Shown here: positions 23,550 to 47,455 of the stretch, piece by piece
How positions within the stretch are numbered: the first letter of the stretch is position 1
How the letters are laid out: each line of letters opens with the position of its first letter
DNA from: Macrostomum lignano
Lineage: Eukaryota
Assembly (NCBI GenBank): GCA_002269645.1
Contig: NIVC01002211.1
Span: 128,045 to 192,044 of the forward strand
Length of the DNA stretch: 64,000 nt
Direction of reading: 5' to 3'
The notes under the pieces: generated by a model
Told to the model about the DNA's origin: nothing
Database searches by the model: none
The model's input: the letters and a program-made list of their open reading frames with translations, nothing else
Made by a program: the position numbers and the translations under genes

Positions 23550-26303
23550 TGGGATATCCGGGAGATTGTCTATGGTTCCAAATCCATGTGATATCCGGGA
23601 GATTGTCTATGGTTCCAAATCCATGTGACATCCGGGAGATTGTCTATGGTTCCAAATCCATGTGATATCCGGGAGATTGTCTAAGGTTCCAAATCCATGT
23701 GATATCCGGGAGATTGTCTATGGTTCCAAATCCATGTGACATCCGAGAGAGATTGTCTATGGTTCCAAATCCATGTGATATCCGGGAGATTGTCTATGGA
23801 TCCAAATCCATGTGACATCCGAGAGAGATTGTCTATGGTTCCAAATCCATGTGATATCCGGGAGATTGTCTATGGTTCCAAATCCATGTGATATCCGGGA
23901 GATTGTCTATGGTTCCAAATCCATGAGATATCCGGGAGATTGTCTATGGTTCCAAATCCATGTGATATCCGGGAGATTGTCTATGGTTCCAAATCCATGG
24001 GATATCCGGGAGATTGTCTATGGTTCCAAATCCATGGGATATCCGGGAGATTGTCTATGGTTCCAAATCCATGGGATATCCGGGAGATTGTCTATGGTTC
24101 CAAATCCATGTGATATCCGGGAGATTGTCTATGGTTCCAAATCCATGGGATATCTGGGAGATTGTCTAAGGTTCCAAATCCATGGGATATCCGGGAGATT
24201 GTCTAAGGTTCCAAATCCATGTGATATCCGGGAGATTGTCTATGGTTCCAAATCCATGGGATATCCGGGAGATTGTCTAAGGTTCAAATCCATGTGATAT
24301 CCGGGAGATTGTCTATGGTTCCAAATCCATGGGATATCCGGGAGATTGTCTATGGTTCCAAATCCATGGGATATCTGGGAGATTGTCTATGGTTCCAAAT
24401 CCATGTGATATCCGGGAGATTGTCTATGGTTCCTAATCCATGGGATATCCGGGAGATTGTCTATGGTTCCAAATCCATGGGGTATCCGGGAGATTGTCTA
24501 AGGTTTCAAATCCATCGGATATCTGGGAGATTGTCTATGGTTCCAAATCCATGGGATATCCGGGAGATTGTCTAAGGTTCCAAATCCATGTGATATCCGG
24601 GAGATTGTCTAAGGTTCAAATCCATGTGATATCCGGGAGATTGTCTATGGTTCCAAATCCATGGGATATCCGGGAGATTGTCTATGGTTCCAAATCCATG
24701 GGATTCCGGGAGATTGTCTATGGTTCCAAATCCATGGGATATCCGGGAGATTGTCTATGGTTCCAAATCCATGTGACATCCGGGAGATTGTCTATGGTTC
24801 CAAATCCATGTGATATCCGGGAGATTGTCTATGGTTCCAAATCCATGTGATATCCGGGAGATTGTCTATGGTTCCAAATCCATGTGATATCCGGGAGATT
24901 GTCTATGGTTCCAAATCCATGTGACATCCGAGAGAGATTGTCTATGGTTCCAAATCCATGTGATATCCGGGAGATTGTCTATGGTTCCTAATCCATGGGA
25001 TATCCGGGAGATTGTCTATGGTTCCAAATCCATGGGATATCTGGGAGATTGTCTATGGTTCCAAATCCATGTGATATCCGGGAGATTGTCTATGGTTCCT
25101 AATCCATGGGATATCTGGGAGATTGTCTATGGTTCCAAATCCATGTGACATCCGAGAGAGATTGTCTATGGTTCCAAATCCATGGGATATCCGGGAGATT
25201 GTCTATGGTTCCAAATCCATGTGATATCCGGGAGATTGTCTAAGGTTCAAATCCATGTGATATCCGGGAGATTGTCTATGGTTCCAAATCCATGGGATAT
25301 CCGGGAGATTGTCTAAGGTTCCTAATCCATGTGATATCCGGGAGATTGTCTATGGTTCCAAATCCATGGGATATCCGGGAGATTGTCTAAGGTTTCAAAT
25401 CCATGGGATATCTGGGAGATTGTCTATGGTTCCAAATCCATGGGTTATCCGGGAGATTGTCTAAGGTTCCAAATCCATGTGATATCCGGGAGATTGTCTA
25501 AGGTTCAAATCCATGTGATATCCGGGAGATTGTCTATGGTTCCAAATCCATGGGATATCCGGGAGATTGTCTATGGTTCCAAATCCATGGGATTCCGGGA
25601 GATTGTCTATGGTTCCAAATCCATGGGATATCTGGGAGATTGTCTATGGTTCCAAATCCATGTGATATCCGGGAGATTGTCTATGGTTCCAAATCCATGT
25701 GATATCCGGGAGATTGTCTATGGTTCCAAATCCATGGGATATCCGGGAGATTGTCTATGGTTCCAAATCCATGTGATATCCGGGAGATTGTCTAAGGTTC
25801 AAATCCATGTGATATCCGGGAGATTGTCTATGGTTCCAAATCCATGGGATATCCGGGAGATTGTCTAAGGTTCCAAATCCATGTGATATCCGGGAGATTG
25901 TCTATGGTTCCAAATCCATGGGATATCCGGGAGATTGTCTAAGGTTCAAATCCATGTGATAACCGGGAGATTGTCTATGGTTCCAAATCCATGTGATATC
26001 CGGGAGATTGTCTATGGTTCCAAATCCATGTGACATCCGGGAGATTGTCTATGGTTCCAAATCCATGTGATATCCGGGAGATTGTCTATGGTTCCAAATC
26101 CATGTGATATCCGGGAGATTGTCTATGGTTCCAAATCCATGTGATATCCAGGAGATTGTCTATGGTTCCAAATCCATGTGATATCCGGGAGATTGTCTAT
26201 GGTTCCAAATCCATGTGATATCCGGGAGATTGTCTATGGTTCCAAATCCATGGGATATCCGGGAGATTGTCTAAGGTTCCAAATCCACGTGATATCCGGG
26301 AGA
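23550..26303. repeat. 37-bp minisatellite (gatatccgggagattgtctatggttccaaatccatgt), ~74 copies
   Basis: Unit starts at 23553 and 23590; only point variants and 1-3 bp deletions between copies. Confidence 0.96.
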
Positions 26304-26327
26304 TCAACACCCTCACAACAGAGCCAG

Positions 26328-29300
26328 TCACAGCCGCAGCTTCTCCAAGTCAAACAGCAGGATAACATTGCGCCGCGGGTCGCAGGCGGCAGCCAGACTG
26401 TCGGTAACTTCGCACAGGTCGGCCAGCAGGCCAGACTGAGTCTTGAACAGACAGACGGCCGCGTCGGCGGTAGCGGCGGCAGCTGTGCCGGCGGCGGACA
26501 AATCGAGCGACATCAGACAGCCAGCAGACGAGTCGTTCTCGGCCGATTTCGTGCAAACCAACCGGTCGCCAATGGCAACCAGAGCCGGTTGGGCAGCCGA
26601 CACCAGGCTAACAGACGAGCTGTTGTCGGATTTTGCCGAGGACTCCGATGCCAAGGGCAACAGGACTGGATTCTTGCCACCCGGATTGGTCACCTCCAGT
26701 ACTAGAAATTCGTATCTATTCGATTTGCAGCGCAGGGTGGCAACTAGGATGCGAGGGCCCGGACACCAGGTGAGTCGAACCGGACAGCCCGGGTCAGTCT
26801 GGGGCAGGGTGGCCCGGACAGAGTCGTCCGAGCAGGAGAAGATGAACACGCCGATCCGGGGACAGCAGACAAAGATCAGCTCGCCGTCTGTGGCCGCGTC
26901 TTCTGGTCTGCGGGAAGCGGCGAGCTACTGACTACAGCTGCCAGATCTACTGACTACAGCTGCCAGATCTACTGACTACAGCTGCCAGATCTACTGACTA
27001 CAGCTGCCGGATCTACTGACTACAGCTGCCAGATCTACTGACTACAGCTGCCAGATCTACTGACTACAGCTGCCAGATCTACTGACTACAGCTGCCAGAT
27101 CTACTGACTACAGCTGCCGGATCTACTGACTACAGCTGCCAGATCTACTGACTGCAGCTAAGTTCTACTAACAGGCGCCAGATCTAACAACAGGGGCCAG
27201 ATCTAACAACAGGGGCCAGATCTAACAACAGGCACCCGATTTAAAAACAGGCGCCAGATCTAACAACAGGCGCCAGATCTAACAACAGGCACCCGATTTA
27301 AAAACAGGCGCTAGATCTAAAAACAGGCACCAGATCTAACAACAGGCGCCAGATATCTAACAACAGGTGCCAGATATCTAACAACAGGCACCAGAGCTAA
27401 CAACAGGCGCTAGATCTAAAAACAGGCACCAGAGCTAACAACAGGCACCAGATCTAACAACAGGCGCCAGAAATCTAACAACAGGCACCAGATCTAACAA
27501 CAGGCGCCAGAAATCTAACAACAGGCGCCAGATCTAACAACAGGCGCCAGATCTAACAACAGGCACCCGATTTAAAAACAGGCGCCAGATCTAACAACAG
27601 GCACCAGATCTAACAACAGGCGCCAGATCTAACAACAGGCGCCAGATCTAACAACAGGCACCAGATCTAACAACAGGCGCCAGATCTAACAACAGGCGCC
27701 AGATCTAACAACAGTCGGCGCAGACAAACCTGCTAAGCGAATACTTGGCCGACACGGCCGGGCCGATGCGGCGCTCCGCATAGCCGCTGGGCCACACGGT
27801 CAGCAGGCAGCCGTTACGGTTGTCAACTAACAGAAGCCACTCTCGCACCGCGCAGGCCACCAGCCGGTAAGGATCAATCTTTGGCCCAGTCTCGGCCGGT
27901 TCGCCTTTAAACTGCAACTGGTTCAAGAAATTGCCGCCCTGGTTGTACACGCGAACGCATTTCACTGGCTGGGTCTCCACGGCGTAGAATTTTCCTAAGA
28001 GATGCGTCAGCGACACCGGCCGGCCCTCGGCTTTGAACGTCTGACAGCTGGAGTCAGTTTCCACTTTGCCGCGGCGCTTCTTTTTACGCGGACGCAGCCT
28101 CGATTCCATAGCGACGGCATCCGTCTCCCAGAACTCCAGCTCGTCTCGGTGCGGAGCCGACGCGACGGCTGCGGGATCGGCGTCTCTGAATTGTTGATCA
28201 AAATCGTCGACTAGCGAGGAGCCACCGACGCCGACACCGCCAGAAGTAGGCAGCATTGGCGACGGCGTCGCTGACGACGGGGTCGTCGTTCCGACGGCTT
28301 CGGCGGAGTTCACGTCGGCCTCGAAGTCGAGGCCGAGACTGCCGAATCCGTCAGCGTCGGCCGCTTCAATAGCGTAGTCGACAGCGTCAATGAGGTCGTA
28401 GAGTCGAGATTGGGCCTCCTCCAGACAGCAGACGGGACCTTCGGGCCCGGCCAGCCGACCGGACAGGGGCGTCAGCAGGCGGACCAGCCTGACCAGCTCC
28501 TCCATGTCCTCCTCCTCTTCCACCGCCTCCGTCTTGTCCGCACCGTTGGTTCTGCCGCCGTCGGAATCGGCAGTGTCGTCGGTGTCGACGGCGCGCAGAG
28601 CCCGGCCGCACTCGTCCAGCAGGTCGTCGAGTTCGCCATGGCCGGCCAGGCGGTCAAGCACGCGCTGCCGACGGTCCTCCAAGGCGGCGGCCGCTTCGTC
28701 GAAAAAAGCAACAGCGGCGGCGCGTTCGCGATTTCGAGCTTCTCCGTTGGCGAGTTCGGCGAGGCGGCCGACAGCGGCGGCATGGAGGTCAAGCGCCTGC
28801 GATGGCGAGGCGAGGGAAGCGCGGAGTTAGACGACAAAAGCTTCAACTTTCCCAGTGCTAGCCAAAAGCCAAAATAAAAAGACAAACGCAGGAACGCAGA
28901 TGTGCAACCGACAGCTCAGCTGCAGCCATTGCGCGGCGCATCTGAAGGCTGCGTAACGGCTGTTCAGTCCAAGGACTGGGGGGGTCGCCAAACGCACCTT
29001 CAATTACCCCAGCTAATGCTGGCACCCATTTTACAGCTGGGTGGAATGAAGCAATGCAGAGTTAAAGTGTCTCTGAGTGGGTCGAGAATCGAACCCCCGA
29101 CCTTTCAGTAGTGAGTCCGCCGCTCTAACCACTGGGCTAAAACCCCTACTGTAAAGCAGCACAATAAAAAAACGCAGTAAAAACGCTAAAGCGTTTACGG
29201 AGAATACAGAATAGCACATCTGAAGGTCGGGGAAAATTACTCGTAGATTTTAAAGATGCTGAAAAAGTACATTTGAGGATAAAAGAAAAATACATTTTGG

Positions 29301-29533
29301 TGCATGATTTAAGATACACAAAATAATGGGATTATAGTAGTATCACTTCATACAATGCATATTAGAAGCCAAAATTCGAGTTAAAACAGGTAAAAATGAC
29401 GCACCTGTTTCCGCAGCTCTCGCCCGTGCCCAGCTAAACAGGTGGGGCAGAGCCGGCGCGAACAATGCAGACAGTCCGATAGACGGCCAGGCTGACCGCC
29501 ACGATTGCAGTCTGCGCATTCGTTCATCGCCAT
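26328..29533 (-). CDS. B-box zinc finger + coiled coil + NHL-like beta-propeller protein (RING-less TRIM-NHL-like), 3 exons; may continue into the RdRP
   Basis: Exons 29533-29405, 28796-27730, 26907-26328; phases 0 and 2 match (592 codons including the stop). C-x2-C-x11-C-x2-C-x4-C-x2-C-x3-H fits the B-box type 1 pattern, followed by FFDEAAAALEDRRQRVLDRL (BBC-like), an acidic linker and CVRVYNQGGNFL / LLLVDNRNGCL / PEDAATDGELIFVC (NHL-like blades). Confidence 0.75.
26925..27712. repeat. 22-bp (ctactgactacagctgccagat) then 19-bp (ctaacaacaggcgccagat) intronic minisatellites
   Basis: Direct reading; inside intron 26908-27729. Confidence 0.93.
28896..29141 (-). mobile_element. tRNA-derived SINE in intron 1 of the B-box gene
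   Basis: A box TAGCCCAGTGG and B box GGTTCGATTCTC, then a ccacccagctgtaaaatgggtgcc central domain; second copy at 44712-44871. Confidence 0.8.
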
Positions 29534-29716
29534 CGTATTAATAAGTAGTAGAGGCAGGATATTCTTTAACAACGGCAGGTGTATATTTTTAGTAAAGAAA
29601 CTATTTCCGATTAGATTTGTTTTCTGCAGGAATAAATGAGAAACATGAAATTACCAATGCTCTGGTAGTGCTCTACTAGATTAATCATAATCTTAAGTAA
29701 CCTTCTATCCCTAGGT

Positions 29717-29790
29717 GGGCCGTAGCCCAGCGGTAGCGCAGCTGCTCTGGTGTGCCAGCGACCCAGGCTCGATTCCAAGTGCAGTCACAT
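29717..29790 (+). mobile_element. tRNA-like SINE head / tRNA pseudogene (different family)
   Basis: A box TAGCCCAGCGGTAG and B-box-like GGCTCGATTCC; the acceptor stem does not pair and there is no oligo-T terminator. Confidence 0.55.
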
Positions 29791-32700
29791 TAATTTGGGG
29801 CTGAATTGGAATCTCGGCTTGGCTCTGCTTGTGCAATTAACGGCCTTGAGAGCCAACCCCCCAAGACGCAGTGAAGTGTACATGCCTAACGATAATATAA
29901 AGTTAGGGCCGCTGTACACTCCTGTGTGATTGTGTGCCTGCGTACGTATCCGCGCGCTTGTGTGCCTGCTCAGGGGAATCGGCAGAATGGGCCATAATGC
30001 CTCTCGCCGGTTGTGTGCCTATGTCGCTTAAAGTGCGCCAGGGTGCACACAACCCCCCTGTCTCAAATAAAAAAACCTTCTATCCCGACTCTCGCTCCTT
30101 AAATTACTGCGACGCAAGTGACTCTGGGGCCATAGAATCGTATCTGAGGCGTATTGAAGTCGCTGTAGAATCACAGAGTTGCGTCTAGAGCACATCTGCG
30201 TCATTTTATGAATTAGAAATGCATTTTGCATTTATAACAGCTTTATTTAGTTTACTTGTGTTAGTAGAAAGTTAAGCGCTAACACAACGACTCTTGGACG
30301 ACTCTTTTGCAACTCTGCAACTGATGTGATGCGCTCGTGACTCAACAGCCGCCTCTCTCCTGTTGTATCTCAGACTGAACAGGTTGAATCAAAGGACACA
30401 AGTTCGATTCCTGACATGGCTAAATTTATTTGCAATACTGAACTTGTGCTTAGTATTGAGATCAGTTGAAGGGAGTGCTACTTTAAAAAGAATCAGAACG
30501 ATGTCCATTGTACCATTATAACCAACTACCCTTCACTTCTCTGTTATCCAAGTGAAAAGAAACCTGTATTTAAAATATGGAATACTGGGCCTATTTTACT
30601 CATTTTCTATGCATGATTGTCTAACCTAAGGGAAATAGATACTGTATCAAAAAATCGAGCCAACTAAGAGCATATAGCATTAGTTTTCTGATGCAGAGCA
30701 TGGCATTTAAACTAGGTCAACTACATATGGCCACAATTTAGATTCAATGAGGGGCTAGAAGTATAAATTTTTAATTGAATTTACATAGGCCTACTTTCCT
30801 TTTTATTTAAGAAGCATTGTACAATAAGCTATGATGATGTTCCCTATTAGAATAAATTTTCAAGCATGGAAATTGGCCAAAATGCACAAATAATTTATTA
30901 GTCTCTTATTTAGTATCATTTGCTAGGCTTCTGAACTTAGTGGAATTTGCCATTTATTTTCTTAGTTGTAATAGGAATTATCCTATCTAAGTCTGTCACA
31001 GGCTACAAAGCTATATCCAATATATTTTTATAATAAAAATATCTAATGAACTATCTAAACTTGTCAAAAGCAATCAATTTAGGCATATAACCCATTTTCT
31101 TTTTTACAAAGGCAATTGCTATATCATGCCACTCTTTTTTCCCTTTTGCTATATCACAGTGTATCACTAAAGGGATCTATTTAAAAGTAAGGCAATTGGC
31201 CAATTTAACAAATAATATCTTTTAATAGGAATCTAAAAAATAATTAAATAACAAATGACTAAATTAAAAGTTGATTTTAACCTAACTCTTAGTATACAAG
31301 CCTTATTTATTTATCTACACATGAAATTGACAATAAAAGTAAAATAATTGCTATATATTATTCTAATTATCTAGCTTAGATATATAAATTGCTTTGTAAT
31401 ACTTTGTCAAAATGGTAATTGTATGCATTTTATTTAAAGTACCTTCTTATTTTAAATATTTTAAATACCATTTTAGGCCTATTTTTATCTAGACTAGGCC
31501 TATACTATGGTTGATGGTGGTTTTATCTGCTGCCAGTTTGTTGCCATTCTTTTGTCTACAAAAATACAATGCTGTCATTTTGTCTGCCACAAAATATTAA
31601 GACTAAGTATGATACTACTAGTACATTTAATATTGAAAATAAATATCTATATATCTTAAAAAGTACTTATAGTGAAGATAACGAATTCATTACGTAACAA
31701 GCACGAGCATACGATCTAAAAAATATTTTCTAAGGGACCTGTAGTATAGGCCTATGGCTACACGTACACTAGACCAAACTTTTTGTTTGTTATATGAATT
31801 TTGTCAGCTGAATATAATTGTTCATAATGAAAATGCATCATCATTGGATGGTGTCATAACAATGCTCATAACAGCCAGCTGATCATATTTAACAGCTCTG
31901 TCTTGCCGTCTTGGCCTTCAATAATTGCAGCTTCCATCCATCCATCCATCCATATATAGTTTCTTTTTTCAATGGATGTTTAAAATTGATATTATGTTTC
32001 TTTGAAATATTGCAATAAACAAAATTACGCTTGGAAAAACTGACATCCCACTTTAAATAAGCTTTGCTAGCTATGTAGCTATACCTTAACTTTTCTTTTA
32101 AAAAGTCATTTTGTCTGCCGGCAGACAAAAAGGCGGCAGACGAAATGACCACACACCTATATTATACTTTTTAAATCTATACTTTGATGCTATTATTTAA
32201 AATTTTAAGTTTAAAAACAATCTTCAATAGGCTATTAAATATGAAAATGAAATATGATCTTAAATATGATAGACCTTATACTAATAATTATTCACTAAAT
32301 TATTCAAAAATCTATTTTAGTAATAAAAGCCTAACTAAAAACTAATGCCTAGATTCTATCATCTATAAACTAAAACACAAACAAATCCTATAGTCATAGA
32401 CCCCTAATTTAGCTTCTAAGGAAATATATTTGGTATATAAAATGCTTAATTCGCATAAAAGGCCATTTAAAAAAAATAACTTGACTTAAGTAGGCCTAAG
32501 TTTTGTTGCATTATTGATACATCTAGATTCTAACATCTAGGATCCAGTTTTGCATTTACAAAATAAGCCTACTTTTTTATAAGCAATGAATTTAATAAAA
32601 TATTAGATTTATAAATATTATATGATAAATTAAACTAGTGACTGAAACTTTTTTTAAATACTAATTGATCATCAAACTAAGTTTTTGAAACTGACAACCC

Positions 32701-34217
32701 AATTTTCAAAAACACATTAAAATATAGACATTAAGCTTTATTTTACAATACTTAAAATTGGAAAAAATGGAATCAGATTGAACGAAAATAGGTAGTCTTA
32801 GTTTAAATAAATGTTACCAGTAATGTCATTCCTAACTGAGGCCTAAGACTCGCCCGCCCTACAAGCAAGGAAACGGGCAAAGCGAGCGAGTCTAAAATGC
32901 GAAAAAATACAGTTGAGATTTAAAATACGATACAGACGCCATCTAGAAAGCTAATATAACAAAAAATTCGTCTCAGGTTTATTACTCGGGCTTTATAGAC
33001 CAGATAAATATCGTGGAACTATGGAAGTTTCTGATCCCATAACTCACTGCACTATTCATTTATCCTTTTGTGTGTGTTCTACATGTATTCATTGTGTTCG
33101 TGGGCAGGAAGGATCTCATCGGTGTTCATGTACCCATACAGGGCGTTTATGAATGTGTAGAATGCGTCTGCCTAATTTCCTGTCTAGAGAGAGAGACATT
33201 CTAGCTGGTACTATTTTTTATGTGCCCCCTGCATTTTTTTTCATGTACAGTGTACAGGTTTAGTGTATTAATGAATATTATGGGCAATAAACGCGTCGGA
33301 TAGCGCAAACATGGTTTCCCACAATCACAAGATAAAGAAATCAAGGCAATATTCCCTTGTGATCTATAGTCATATAGCCATTAATCTAGACAATGCGTGC
33401 ACATGTACAGGTAGTTTAAAGAAGCATTAAAATCTTTGCCTAAATAACATGCAGGGACAGAGTCCTCAATTGTCAATGAGGAATTTTTAACGGGAAACTA
33501 CTAATGGGAAAGATTCTGTAGGGAAGAATTTTTGTTGTTGTATAGAATAATAAAGGATAACTTTGGACTTCTGAGACTGAAACCTCCTGTGCAGGTCGAA
33601 AATGATCGTGTCAGGGGAGTTTTGAATTATAGCGCCAGAAGGAATTCCATAGCCAGGGGCGCCAAACTGGGACAGAAATGATTTTACATGTATAATGGTG
33701 CATGCATGTCAACAAGGATTAATTTATAGTGCTTTGTCCATCGTAATAAACTCTGTGGCATCGACTACTATCGTCTGTTCTCGTATCCTTGCGATCTACT
33801 ATAGCCTAAGAGCGTTTTGCCTCATTTATGCTCCATATAAATAGCAATTTTACGTAGAAACCCCGGAATCGATCGATAGTCAATTGTATAGCTAAGCTAG
33901 GGTGGATGTCTAAATTTTATGACAATCACTATTTAATCAGGTGTAATTTCCCATGCAGTCACAGGAAGTCAGTCTGTGATAAGTTTTGAATTTTCTTTAA
34001 AAAGATTCAAAAGCAGAGGAAACACGCACAGGCCACCATAGCTCCCATTGTGTTTGTTTCCCCCTGCATCAAACTTTATAAAAATATTCTGCCTGCAGAT
34101 TATTGTTTTACTGCCTTATACCTTAACGAAGAATAATACTCAACACCTTGAATACAATAGTACAGTACAGAAAATACATGTAAACGGCAGGAGTCAAGCC
34201 GAATGACTCTTAAATCA

Positions 34218-34422
34218 CGGGGCGATTCTCGCGCAGGGCGATTCTCGCGGGGCGATTCTCGCGCAGGGCGATTCTCGCGGGGCGATTCTCTCGCGGGGCG
34301 ATTCTCGCGCAGGGCGATTCTCGCGGGGCGATTCTCGCGCGGGGCGATTCTTTCGCGGGGCGATTCTCGCGCGGGGCGATTCTCGCGCGGGGCGATTCTC
34401 TCGCGGGGCGATTCTCGCGGGC
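34218..34422. repeat. CpG-rich 14-17 bp minisatellite (ggggcgattctcgcgc)
   Basis: Direct reading, ~13 copies. Confidence 0.92.
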
Positions 34423-35597
34423 AGACTGCATTTGAGCCACTTGCATTGAATCCTGAAATCATAAAATTAACACGAAATTCATTTGATTATCAAACTGAGA
34501 AAAATAATCTTTTTTAATCCTGCATTTAAGACACCTGTGATCCTTGAACAGCCAATTTTGTTGGGCTTGACAGAGGAGAATATTTTAATTTGAACGATTC
34601 CATCCCGCATCGTTTTAAAGACACAAAAAGGATATCTCTACACAAAGGCGAGGTGCTTGACCTAGCATTGTCAGCGTGAACTGCATGGGCGTAGCCCATT
34701 CATCAGAGGATCAGTCCAATCAGCAGCAGGGATAGGAAACACGAGCTAGATCACAGCCTATATGCTTTTAAAATACGAAGCGAACTTTAGGACAGAATGG
34801 AAGACAGCTTGACACTCGATACAGACGCATTCCGATTGGCCACGACGCTGAGCCATTGGGTAAAAGCCGTGTGCAATTCATCAATCTAGTATTTAACAGC
34901 CGGCACTGAAGCACTTAGGCTACACCAAGAGGCCTTACCTGAGTAATATTAGTTTCGAGTCTGTCTGCAATATTATACAGCCGGCACTTACGGAATGTAA
35001 GTAAATTCTACTCACTAATGCTATAATCATTTGGCATTATAACAGATTTTTTGATATTCAATACTTAGCGTGCAGAAAATGCATAGGAAAAAGTGAGTCG
35101 ATAAAGAGCCAGTGTCCATCATACCGGCTTTTCGTCACGCATGACAAATTATCGTCAAGGTTCTTGTTATTGAAGAGAGAAGTTGCCACCAATATATGGT
35201 TTAGAATTGCGCTAGCATCTGGCAGCGTCAGCCAGCACATTATTTATCACGCGTGGCACGAAATGCACTAGAAATCACTGAGAGCTGACTTCCTTCCATA
35301 CAGGAATCGTGAGTATAGGAGTTGAGTCGTTGTGGACAACAGGAAATTCTTAGTGTGTCTTGGAACTGTGCGCCTCTAGCTCGTATTGGCAGATAGATTC
35401 TTGACTAACAATTTACGCCAATCGACTGATTTTAATTGCGCAAATTATACTCCATGTCGCAATTTTAATTTTTTGACACGTCCGTCAATCATGCCTTCGT
35501 TTCCAACAGAACGTTTCCAACAGAACGTTTCCAACAGAACAGAACAAACAACAAACCATTTTTTATTTTAGGATTCAATGCAGTTTGCAAAATAAAG

Positions 35598-36120
35598 TCC
35601 TCTCCTCTCCTCTCCTCTCTTCTCTTGTCCTGTCCTGTCATCTCCTCTCCTCTCCTCTCTTCTCTTGTCCTGTCCTGTCATCTCCTCTCCTCTCCTCTCC
35701 TCTCCTCTCCTCTCCTCTCCTCTCCTCTCCTCTCCTCTCCTCTCCTCTCCTCTCATCTCCTCTCCTTTTCCTCTCCTCTCCTCTCCTCTCCTCTCCTCTC
35801 CTCTCTTCTCCTCTCATCTCCTCTCCTTTTCTCTCCTCTTTTCTCCTCTCATCTCCTCTCCTTTTCTTTCCTCTCCTCTCCTCTCCTCTCCTCTCCTCTC
35901 CTCTCCTCTCCTCTCCTCTCCTCTCCTCTCATCTCTTCTCCTTTTCCTCTCCTCTCCTCTCCTCTCCTCTCCTCTCTTCTCCTCTCATCTCCTCTCCTTT
36001 TCTCTCCTCTCCTCTCTCCTCTCATCTCCTCTCCTTTTCTCTCCTCTCCTCTCCTCTCCTCTCCTCTCCTCTCCTCTCCTCGCCTCTCCCTCTCCCCTCT
36101 CCCTCTTCCCCCTCTTGCAT
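35598..36120. repeat. (CTCCT)n pentanucleotide-based repeat
   Basis: Direct reading. Confidence 0.95.
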
Positions 36121-36228
36121 TTCTCCTATATTCAACTCTTAAGACCTAAACACTTATGAAAAGCGTAATTTTCGTCTGAGACGTAAGGAAAGATTCAACG
36201 AATATCTTGGAAACTCCGCATCACACAG

Positions 36229-47010
<10,782 letters not shown>

Positions 47011-47099
47011 GGACCGTCAAACTTTAGGGAATTTGCCACTCGGAAATTTCCCAACTCCCCGGAATATCCGCAAAAGGAGCTACAGCTACAGCAGGAAGA

Positions 47100-47455
47100 C
47101 GAAGTCACAGAGGGGACACGGGACCAGCTACAGTTAGGTGTCAGCAACAGAGGGGCGCCAGTCACAGAGGGATTCGGGACCAGCTACAGTTGGGTGTCAG
47201 CAACAGAGGGGGCAAACTACAGAGGGGACACGGGACCAGCTACAGTTGGGTGTCAGCAACAGAGGGGCGCCAGTCACAGAGGGGACACGGGACCAGCTAC
47301 AGTTGGGTGTCAGCAACAGAGGGGCGCCAGTCACAGAGGGGACACGGGACCAGCTACAGTTGGGTGTCAGCAACAGAGGGGCGCCAGTCACAGAGGGGAC
47401 ACGGGACCAGCTACAGTTGGGTGTCAGCAACAGAGGGGGCAAACTACAGAGGTCC
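47100..47455. repeat. 57-bp minisatellite, ~6 copies, just 3' of the GPCR stop
   Basis: Unit starts at 47229 and 47286. Confidence 0.92.

Noticed and set aside
29717-29790. Functional tRNA genes (also 29070-29141 and 44712-44785)
   Set aside because: A and B boxes are present, but the acceptor stems do not pair, there is no terminator and SINE bodies follow.
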